DNA of 64,000 nucleotides from a virus: IMG/VR virus record IMGVR_UViG_3300020057_000027, positions 32,001 to 96,000 of that record; one strand, 5' to 3'. Shown piece by piece: positions 39,484 to 46,518 of this stretch (position 1 is its first letter; each line of letters starts with the position of its first letter). The notes under the pieces were generated by a model. It saw only the letters and a program-made list of their open reading frames with translations, ran no database searches and was not told where the DNA came from. The position numbers and the translations under genes were made by a program.

Positions 39484-40353
39484 ATGAAAAGTTTCTATCA
39501 ATATATAACAGAATCAATCGTCGATCCATATCACGAATCTTATTCTGATGAAGTTTTTGATGACTCATCCACAGAAAATCCAAAATTAAAAACAAAAATA
39601 TTAAATCTAATCAATAAAGACTTAGAACAATTTAAAAAGACTCTTAATATAAAAGATGTTGTTCTAGTTGGAAGTATATTAACTAAAAGATATCGCTTTG
39701 ATACTGATTTAGATGTTCATATATTAGCTGATGGTGCTAGTGAAGCATCAATGGAAAAGTTCGCAAAAGATTACAGTGAACATATAATTCCGGGAACAGA
39801 TCATCCAATCAACTACTTCATAATTTCAAATAAAAAAGATCACGATAGAGCTAATGCGTTAGGTGATGCTGAATTTGATATAGAACAAAATAAATTCAGA
39901 AGAAAGCCAGTAGATAGACCTTTTGATATTACACAATACTTTGGAGATTTTAAAAAGAAAGTAGATAAAATAAATTCACTCAAAGCAGATTTAAGACACG
40001 ATTTAATAGATTATGAATCATTGAAGAAAGTTGATAAATCTGAAGTTAAAAAATTATCAGTATTAATCAAAGATGAATTAAAGAAAATAGAAAACACCGC
40101 ATCTGGTTTAGTTGATATCTATAATAAAATTAGACAAGATAGAAAAGATGCTTTTGCTGGTGAAGTTACTCCAGATGAAATAAGAAAATACGGCGAAAAG
40201 AATCGTACACCAGGAAATGTTATTTTTAAATTGATGGAGAAATATCATTATTTACAATTCTTGAAAAAAATAGAAGAGATTTTAGGTCCGGACAAAAAGC
40301 TTTCGGATAAAGAAGCTGAGAAATTAGCAAAGGTAGTAAAAGAAGATGATTAG
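39484..40353 (+). CDS. Pol-beta-superfamily nucleotidyltransferase with capsid-targeting-like N-terminus
   Basis: LVGSIL...DTDLDVH; MKSFYQYITE; CTAAATA promoter. Confidence 0.72.
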   Translation: MKSFYQYITESIVDPYHESYSDEVFDDSSTENPKLKTKILNLINKDLEQFKKTLNIKDVVLVGSILTKRYRFDTDLDVHILADGASEASMEKFAKDYSEHIIPGTDHPINYFIISNKKDHDRANALGDAEFDIEQNKFRRKPVDRPFDITQYFGDFKKKVDKINSLKADLRHDLIDYESLKKVDKSEVKKLSVLIKDELKKIENTASGLVDIYNKIRQDRKDAFAGEVTPDEIRKYGEKNRTPGNVIFKLMEKYHYLQFLKKIEEILGPDKKLSDKEAEKLAKVVKEDD

Positions 40354-40783
40354 CGAATTAGATAAAGTTGGTCTAGTATACGACAAACTTACAGAAAAAG
40401 AAAAGAAATTTTTTAAAGATTACATCTGGAATGGAGTAGGTAGTAGAAGTTTCTTTGTTAATCCACATGATCTAATTTTCAAAGAAGCATCACTATACCA
40501 TGATTTTTACTATTGGCGCGGCGGCCCACAAGAGTTAAGAGAATTGGCAGATAAAGATTTTTTTCATCGTTGCCACTCAGCCGTTAGAAAACAACCAAAA
40601 TATAAAAGACCTTTTTATTATCTTACATCTTATGTATATTTTGCATTTTTACGAATGCTTGGTAAAGTAGCGTGGGAATATTCAGAAAAACCATCCAAGA
40701 CTTTTAAAGAATTGCTTGATAAAGTCCATTTTTATTATGATAATAACCCAAACATATCAGGACGTCCACCAAAGTTCAAATAG
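40346..40783 (+). CDS. Phospholipase A2/DUF1353-like protein
   Basis: NGVGS, EASLYHDFYY, ADKDF. Confidence 0.5.
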   Translation: MISELDKVGLVYDKLTEKEKKFFKDYIWNGVGSRSFFVNPHDLIFKEASLYHDFYYWRGGPQELRELADKDFFHRCHSAVRKQPKYKRPFYYLTSYVYFAFLRMLGKVAWEYSEKPSKTFKELLDKVHFYYDNNPNISGRPPKFK

Positions 40784-40788
40784 GTTAT

Positions 40789-41061
40789 ATGCAAGAATTT
40801 GTGGACAAATATTTACTTGAGTCACATCATTTCAAGTCCCGCCCAGAAAAATTAACTACTGAAGACGAAAAGAAATTTAATATACTAACGTTGAGTGGTG
40901 AAGAAGTTTGGGATATCTTAGTATTTTTAATGATACATATGATGCGTGGAAGATATGTATCTCATACCGTAGAAGAGAAATTCACTAAGATACATGCATT
41001 AAAGAGAATTGAAACGGGAACTGTGGAATATTGGCTCCACATAAAATATCAAATCAGATAA
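40789..41061 (+). CDS. Hypothetical protein
   Basis: ORF in operon. Confidence 0.5.
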   Translation: MQEFVDKYLLESHHFKSRPEKLTTEDEKKFNILTLSGEEVWDILVFLMIHMMRGRYVSHTVEEKFTKIHALKRIETGTVEYWLHIKYQIR

Positions 41062-41300
41062 ACGCAATAAATATTTAATATAATCCTAGAAGTTGTGCAA
41101 CATAGATAATTGTTCCAAGTATTACTAATAGTCGTATACCAAAAACGTATGCTCCATCAATTCCTATCTTTGGAAGTATAGCTAGAAAAGCGCCTATTAA
41201 AATTAGATTGATTATTACGTGTGAATTAAGTAGTGCATTAATATTTCATATTGACCTTATTATTAAAATAACTTACTATATAGTTTCATAAATATTAACC

Positions 41301-41951
41301 ATGAAGACACTCAAAACATATATTACTGAAGTAGCCGTGACGGCTCCAAATGTCATGCATGATGCTAATGCTACTATTGAGAAGCTAAAGAAAGAGCTAT
41401 CTCATGTTCTTGGCAATCGTTATGTTATTAAAGCAAATGTTTCAGGAAATCTTGGAAAATCAGCACATCTTAGAATAGTAGATACACATCCAGCTAATGG
41501 TATTGATCATAACTCTCCGGTGTTTATGCAGTTTATGATGTATCTTTCAACTAGTCACGGCAAAGATGCAGATCTTGATAAAGTATCTTGGAAAATGTCA
41601 CAAGGTCCTCGCTCAGTTCCTTATAGAAAAATCACTTCAGCAAAATCTATTGATGATGCAACATCAAAATTAATTCAATGGTTCAAACAGAATAAATCAA
41701 AATTAGATTCATTACTACATCCTTTGAAAGAAGAAAATATTAGAAGCATTGATGGTGTATTCGATAAAGAAAATCTAGCAAGAATACATAAACTACAGCC
41801 ATTCAAAGTTGATGATATTTTAATTAGTAGAAAAGGTGAAAAATTTACTGTTGTTAAAATCCAAGCATTATCAAATTCGTATGCACATAGTTTAGCTATA
41901 GATATTGTTGGATCTAATAAAGGAAAAGTTTTCACTATTTACGTAAAATAG
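41301..41951 (+). CDS. Hypothetical protein, possible internal virion protein
   Basis: TAAATA late-type promoter; MKTLKTYITE start. Confidence 0.6.
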   Translation: MKTLKTYITEVAVTAPNVMHDANATIEKLKKELSHVLGNRYVIKANVSGNLGKSAHLRIVDTHPANGIDHNSPVFMQFMMYLSTSHGKDADLDKVSWKMSQGPRSVPYRKITSAKSIDDATSKLIQWFKQNKSKLDSLLHPLKEENIRSIDGVFDKENLARIHKLQPFKVDDILISRKGEKFTVVKIQALSNSYAHSLAIDIVGSNKGKVFTIYVK

Positions 41952-41954
41952 TCA

Positions 41955-41983
41955 TTGACAGAACACTAAAATACCTATATAAT
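41955..41983 (+). promoter_or_regulatory. Consensus sigma70 promoter of tRNA cluster 1
   Basis: TTGACA-17 nt-TATAAT; predicted +1 falls on the ATG at 41990. Confidence 0.85.
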
Positions 41984-41989
41984 AGTCTT

Positions 41990-42079
41990 ATGATAGAAAT
42001 TCGTTCTAACCTATTACCGCTCCCACTCTTATATCCCTCGCGGGATTATAAAACACTCTTGCGTCCATTGGACGCATAA
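41990..42079 (+). CDS. Leu/Pro/Tyr-rich leader peptide MIEIRSNLLPLPLLYPSRDYKTLLRPLDA
   Basis: Leaderless ORF; 14 of 29 codons are L/P/Y, matching the downstream tRNAs. Confidence 0.7.
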   Translation: MIEIRSNLLPLPLLYPSRDYKTLLRPLDA

Positions 42080-42122
42080 TCACACATTCAAATATTAGTA
42101 GAAGAAAAGATAATTAAATTAT

Positions 42123-42199
42123 CTAGGTGTAGCAAAGTTTGGTATTGCGCCCGCTTTGGGAGCGGGAGGCCGCAGGTTCAAATCCTGCCACCTAGACCA
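42123..42199 (+). tRNA. tRNA-Pro(UGG)
   Basis: Cloverleaf, TTTGGGA loop, CCA. Confidence 0.93.
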
Positions 42200-42202
42200 T
42201 AT

Positions 42203-42286
42203 GGGAGTTAAGACATACGGACTTGTCGGCTGTCTGTAAAACAGTTGTAGAAATGCAAGGGGGTTCGATTCCCTCAACTCCCACCA
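42203..42286 (+). tRNA. tRNA-Tyr(GUA)
   Basis: CTGTAAA loop, long variable arm, CCA. Confidence 0.9.
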
Positions 42287-42289
42287 TAT

Positions 42290-42374
42290 ACTCTTGTGGC
42301 GGAACTGGCATACGCGGCAGACTTAAACCCTGTTGCCTTCGGGATTGAGGGTTCGACTCCCTCCAAGAGTACCA
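42290..42374 (+). tRNA. tRNA-Leu(UAA)
   Basis: CTTAAAC loop, long variable arm, CCA. Confidence 0.88.
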
Positions 42375-42382
42375 TTTTTTAT

Positions 42383-42459
42383 AGTCAAGTGATGGAATTG
42401 GAATACATACTTGTCTCAAACACAAGGTTTTAAGGGTTCGACTCCCTTCTTGACTACCA
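42383..42459 (+). tRNA. tRNA-Leu(CAA) with short variable loop
   Basis: CTCAAAC loop, A73, CCA. Confidence 0.82.
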
Positions 42460-42510
42460 TTTTTAAAAATAATTTATTGACAAATGCCTTCCCGGCATAT
42501 ATACTACCAC

Positions 42511-42650
42511 AAGTTGAATGAGTTTTGGGATTTTATGTCCCATTTTCTTTTGTGGATTGTAAGCTCTACTACTACCGTGGCGGGTGGTCTTTAGGTAGGC
42601 CTAAAACGAAGACTTTCGGGTTCACTGTAGTGGAGCTTAGAGTTTACAAA
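42511..42650 (+). ncRNA. Candidate rod-like ncRNA
   Basis: Own promoter TTGACA(42477)-17-TATACT; 13-bp stem 42560-42572/42627-42639. Confidence 0.55.
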
Positions 42651-42757
42651 TTTGCAAAATAAAGATTGACAAACGTAGTGAACGTGTGTTATTCTATATA
42701 AAGATAGTCTGATGAAAGGGAAAATCAACTAGGGATAACTTCAACTATCCCATCGGG

Positions 42758-42840
42758 CACACCTGATGAGTCCATAAGGACGAAACAGGGGAGTTAATAG
42801 AGCGTAATAATCGGATCGATTGCTCCTCCCCTGTCGTGTG
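42758..42840 (+). ncRNA. Type I hammerhead ribozyme
   Basis: CACAC-CTGATGA-GTCC ATAA GGAC-GAAA-CAGGGGAG...CTCCCCTG-TC^GTGTG; predicted cleavage after C42835. Confidence 0.9.
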
Positions 42841-43064
42841 ATGAAGGACTTAAGGCCTTAAACCTTATCATCGTTCTTCGGTTGGCAAGTTTCGTCTAAA
42901 CATTTATTGTTGCGCTTTCAGTGACAGCTTAGATTAAGGACGAGTATTAGATGGAATCGCGGGTATTTCCACGCCGAGCATTGCGAAAGCGTACATGTGA
43001 ACACTACCGTATAGTTTGCCTAGTTCTGTAAGATTGATTGGGCTTTTTTGTTTTTAGATATTGT

Positions 43065-43106
43065 ATGTTAAACGGACTGGAACGATTAGAGACTGAGAGA
43101 GCGTAA
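43065..43106 (+). CDS. Candidate Glu-rich leader peptide MLNGLERLETERA
   Basis: Mini-ORF ending 7 nt before tRNA-Glu; 3 of 13 codons Glu. Confidence 0.35.
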   Translation: MLNGLERLETERA

Positions 43107-43113
43107 TTTTTAC

Positions 43114-43188
43114 GTTCCCGTCTTCTAACGGCTAGGAAGTCTGACTTTCAATCAGATAACGAGGGTTCGATTCCCTCCGGGAACACCA
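43114..43188 (+). tRNA. tRNA-Glu(UUC)
   Basis: CTTTCAA loop, cloverleaf, CCA. Confidence 0.92.
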
Positions 43189-43197
43189 AAGGTAATT

Positions 43198-43377
43198 ATG
43201 ACTGATCAAAAATTTGCTGATTTATCTACAGAAGATTTAGAATTAGCTATTGATATGTTTGAACAAACACAGTTAAGAACGAAAGATGTAATTCTTCAAA
43301 ATCAAATTGATGAATTAAAGAAAGAGTTAGACAATAGAAAAAGACCTTTACTTGAAAAGGTTTTACTGAAGGGATAA
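43198..43377 (+). CDS. Small hypothetical protein (59 aa, MTDQKFADL...)
   Basis: AAGGT RBS; read manually. Confidence 0.6.
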   Translation: MTDQKFADLSTEDLELAIDMFEQTQLRTKDVILQNQIDELKKELDNRKRPLLEKVLLKG

Positions 43378-43422
43378 TTATATGACTACAGATATTACAG
43401 ACGATAGAAGCCACGATATTAT

Positions 43423-43497
43423 GGGCTTATGGTCTAATGGTCATGACGCTACTCTGTCTAAGTAGAAGTCCGGGTTCGATTCCCGATAAGCCCGCCA
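43423..43497 (+). tRNA. tRNA-Asp(GUC)
   Basis: CTGTCTA loop, G73, CCA. Confidence 0.9.
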
Positions 43498-43517
43498 CAA
43501 ATTTGCTAAATAGTTTT

Positions 43518-43589
43518 ATGATTAAGTTTCTTTCAATCACGTCCTCATCCACCTGTACATCTACAGGGTCAACAGGCTGTTGCCTGTAA
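43518..43589 (+). CDS. Ser/Thr/Cys/Gly-rich leader peptide MIKFLSITSSSTCTSTGSTGCCL
   Basis: Follows CTAAATA; 15 consecutive S/T/C/G codons matching the downstream tRNAs. Confidence 0.72.
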   Translation: MIKFLSITSSSTCTSTGSTGCCL

Positions 43590-43652
43590 TTCAATTCGCC
43601 CTAACGGGCACATCATCACAAATAAGGGTAGAAGTTTTTCAAATCGCAAAAT

Positions 43653-43727
43653 GCGAATAAGATGTTAATGGATACATGTCAGTTTTCCAAACTGAATTTC
43701 TCGGATCGTTACCGAGTATTCGCTCCA
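43653..43727 (+). tRNA. tRNA-Gly(UCC)
   Basis: TTTCCAA loop, U73, CCA. Confidence 0.88.
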
Positions 43728-43730
43728 TAT

Positions 43731-43804
43731 GCGGGATTAGTATAATGGTATCATGTCACGTTGCCAACGTGAAGACGCGAGTCCGATTCTCGCATCCCGC
43801 TCCA
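43731..43804 (+). tRNA. tRNA-Gly(GCC)
   Basis: TTGCCAA loop, U73, CCA. Confidence 0.9.
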
Positions 43805-43813
43805 ATAGTTTAA

Positions 43814-43887
43814 GCCGTTATAGTATAGTGGTATTATATCCCCCTTGTGAGGTGATGATTCGGGTTCGATTCCTGATGACGGCTCCA
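43814..43887 (+). tRNA. tRNA-Thr(UGU), atypical G37
   Basis: GCC acceptor start, CTTGTGA loop, CCA. Confidence 0.78.
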
Positions 43888-43890
43888 TAT

Positions 43891-43966
43891 GCTTCTTTCG
43901 CCAAGATAGTAAGGCAACCGCCTGCAAAACGGTTATGCGAGGGCGCACATCTCTCAAGAAGCTCCA
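43891..43966 (+). tRNA. tRNA-Cys(GCA)
   Basis: CTGCAAA loop, U73, CCA; atypical T-loop. Confidence 0.8.
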
Positions 43967-43969
43967 TAA

Positions 43970-44053
43970 GGAAGGTACTGCTCAAGGGGGCAATCCGGTT
44001 TGAACCCGGAGGTGATGTAAAAGTCAGGCGTTCGATTCGTCTACCTTCCGCCA
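43970..44053 (+). tRNA. tRNA-Ser(UGA)
   Basis: TTTGAAC loop, long variable arm, G73, CCA. Confidence 0.88.
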
Positions 44054-44093
44054 TTTCTCTTGACATTATGATGTTGTTGATATATAATTAATT

Positions 44094-44357
44094 ATGCGAA
44101 AAACATTTAAGACTGGAACCGTAGTAGTATTTGAACCAAAGAATTTTAATCCAGAATTCTGGGATAATCTTTCAGAAAAAGATAGAAATAGATACTATGG
44201 TCTATTAGGTTACGGTCAAGCCAAGCCAGTATTCTTTGTATTTTTAACTGAATTGAAAAATGCTCCTGGTCATTGTATATTAGTTAATCTTAATACACAT
44301 CAATTAGAAACTATGCGGCCCACTTCAGATTTTAGAGAAGTAACAGAAGAATTTTAA
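44094..44357 (+). CDS. Hypothetical protein
   Basis: TTGACA/TATAAT promoter, leaderless start. Confidence 0.6.
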   Translation: MRKTFKTGTVVVFEPKNFNPEFWDNLSEKDRNRYYGLLGYGQAKPVFFVFLTELKNAPGHCILVNLNTHQLETMRPTSDFREVTEEF

Positions 44358-44872
44358 TGATACAAAGCGATAAAATATTATATTCTGCTGGTTCTAATGA
44401 TGAATGTTATACACCTGATTATGGTGTTGAGCCAATACTAGAATTCATTCCGAAAGGTGCTATAGTTTGGTGTCCATTTGATACTGAATCAAGTCAATTT
44501 GTAATACAGATTAGTAAACAGAATAAAGTTATAGCTAGTCATATTGATGAAGGTAAAGACTTCTTTACTTATGAACCAGAAAAATGGGATGTTATAATAT
44601 CTAATCCACCATTCACTAACAAGCGCAAATATTTTGAAAGAGCATTAAGTCTTGGTAAACCGTTTGCATTGATAATGACAAACACTTGGTTGAATGATGC
44701 TGCACCTAAACAGATTTTTAAAGATAAAGATCTACAACTATTAATGTTTGACAAGCGAATGGAATTTATACAGCCTAATAGCACTAAGACTAATAAGATT
44801 ACTTTCAGTAGTAGCTATTATTGTTGGAACTTTCTACCAAAACAGATTGTTATTAAGACTTTGAATAAGTAG
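44357..44872 (+). CDS. Small N6-adenine methyltransferase
   Basis: NDECYTP, VWCPFD, DFF, ISNPPF. Confidence 0.8.
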   Translation: MIQSDKILYSAGSNDECYTPDYGVEPILEFIPKGAIVWCPFDTESSQFVIQISKQNKVIASHIDEGKDFFTYEPEKWDVIISNPPFTNKRKYFERALSLGKPFALIMTNTWLNDAAPKQIFKDKDLQLLMFDKRMEFIQPNSTKTNKITFSSSYYCWNFLPKQIVIKTLNK

Positions 44873-46096
44873 TTATTTCTTAACTACTTTGAAACCTGGC
44901 CAGTTGTTCATAGCTGCTCCAGCATTAGCCCAGTAGTGAAACTTGATACTAAACTTATCATAGTTAGCAGTCATAAATTTCATTCCCTCTGTAGGGTTCA
45001 TGATGATAACCTTTACAGCACCATCTTTCATCTTGAAAAGTTTTTGTGCTAATACGTTAATTTCTTTTGTCCATTTAGCATTTAAATCAAAATTGAGATT
45101 CGTTAAAAAGAAAAACATAACGCTATCCCAATCAACTTTTTGATCTAGTTTGTTAGCTGCTATACCATATTTTGTTTCTGGTAATTGTTTATATAACATT
45201 TTGTTTGTCATCTTTGAATGATCAGCAACAAACTTTTTAAACTGCATTTCATTCAAGTCTCCATATCCCATCTTCTTAAGTTGAGCATATAGTTTCTTCA
45301 TATAAGGCAAGTGCTTAGAGAAGAAAAATAGAGCATCATATATTTTTCTGTTAGATATATGAGAGAAGCCTTCGTGTAATAGTTTTTCTCCTGGATCTTT
45401 TGGCTTGTATTTTTCTAATTCACCTTTAAGATTAGTTAAGGTGTTACCACTACCGAAATCTGTTTCAGATTTTCCAGACTTAACAGCAAGTCCAATTTCT
45501 TCTTCATAGTAATCTACTGTAGCTGAATTACTTTCAGAACTAAATCTGATATATTTTTTCTTCTGTTTAAGTGAATCCATTGCGGCAGCGATTTCACCAA
45601 AGTCATTACGGATAGTAGCTAATGTTTTATCATCTACTAAAGCAAATATTTTAGGGTTATATTTTTCACCATTGACAATATCTATGAGGTGTAATAAAAC
45701 TTTTTTGACTTCTGGTGTTATGCCTTTACCTTTAGCAATTTCAGTTCTTGAATCTTTTTCTAGTGCTGCTAGAGTTTTATAAGTCTTTCCGTTCATTCCG
45801 AAAGCTGCCGGAGTAAATTGCTTTGCTGCAACCTTGCCATATCTCATTACAAGAACAAACTTTTCGCCTTTATCATTAATTACATATGAAGTGTATTTAC
45901 CTGAGTATCCACTCCCAGCATTAAACATTTCATGTTTTACTTTTAGTTTCTGTATAGTTTCTTGAACTTTCTTTCCGTCTGATTCATTAATGACCTGCCA
46001 AGAAGGTAGCCCACTCTTCTGCTTTGCCCTAGAATCAGGGGTTACTTTTATGTTGAGATTTGCTAGTGTTGACCAAAAAGGTGTTATAGCTGCCAT
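44873..46096 (-). CDS. Hypothetical protein, possible PD-(D/E)xK nuclease fold
   Basis: 407 aa; DFGEI...VDYY...LAVKS. Confidence 0.5.
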   Translation of the reverse strand: MAAITPFWSTLANLNIKVTPDSRAKQKSGLPSWQVINESDGKKVQETIQKLKVKHEMFNAGSGYSGKYTSYVINDKGEKFVLVMRYGKVAAKQFTPAAFGMNGKTYKTLAALEKDSRTEIAKGKGITPEVKKVLLHLIDIVNGEKYNPKIFALVDDKTLATIRNDFGEIAAAMDSLKQKKKYIRFSSESNSATVDYYEEEIGLAVKSGKSETDFGSGNTLTNLKGELEKYKPKDPGEKLLHEGFSHISNRKIYDALFFFSKHLPYMKKLYAQLKKMGYGDLNEMQFKKFVADHSKMTNKMLYKQLPETKYGIAANKLDQKVDWDSVMFFFLTNLNFDLNAKWTKEINVLAQKLFKMKDGAVKVIIMNPTEGMKFMTANYDKFSIKFHYWANAGAAMNNWPGFKVVKK

Positions 46097-46224
46097 TGAT
46101 TTCCTTGTAAACTGTATAATATTTATGTCTCTGGTTGTTATGATGTTCCATCTTCCGCCATTTCTCTTGACATATAGATATGATTGTAGTATTATAAATA
46201 GATAAAGTTATTCAACAGGTACAC

Positions 46225-46518
46225 ATGAGTAAAAGAAAATTAGCTGTGTTAGTTTTTTCATCAAAAGGAATACTAGCCGTAGAACCTACTGTCCGTGGTT
46301 TTCTAACAACAAGTTTAAAATTTGTAAGACTACAAGCAAAACTACAAAAAAAGTTTAGAGCTAAAAATACACCAATAGCAATAGGTATTCAAACTCCTTA
46401 TTTTGATACTATCAGATGGGAACTACTTGAATGGGTAGTACCTTGGCAAGCAGATGCAGCTCCACAAGATGAACATGATCATTTAAAGTATTTAAAGGAT
46501 GATACATATGACTGCTAA
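46225..46518 (+). CDS. Hypothetical protein
   Basis: ORF after TTGACA promoter and TATAAATA. Confidence 0.55.
   Translation: MSKRKLAVLVFSSKGILAVEPTVRGFLTTSLKFVRLQAKLQKKFRAKNTPIAIGIQTPYFDTIRWELLEWVVPWQADAAPQDEHDHLKYLKDDTYDC

Noticed and set aside
41990-42122. T-box riboswitch in the tRNA leaders
   Set aside because: No AGGGTGGNACCGCG T-box consensus, stem I or intrinsic terminator seen
42709-42750. Second CTGATGA upstream of the hammerhead
   Set aside because: No stem II followed by GAAA and no matching stem III or cleavage triplet found
43814-43887. Reading this tRNA as His(GUG)
   Set aside because: The shifted register breaks the anticodon stem, there is no G-1/C73, and the acceptor stem is Thr-like
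43751-44091. ORFs 43751-43957, 43753-44091 and 43818-44066 (also 42192-42425, 39013-39254)
   Set aside because: They overlap tRNA or tmRNA genes; chance frames in GC-richer structural RNA
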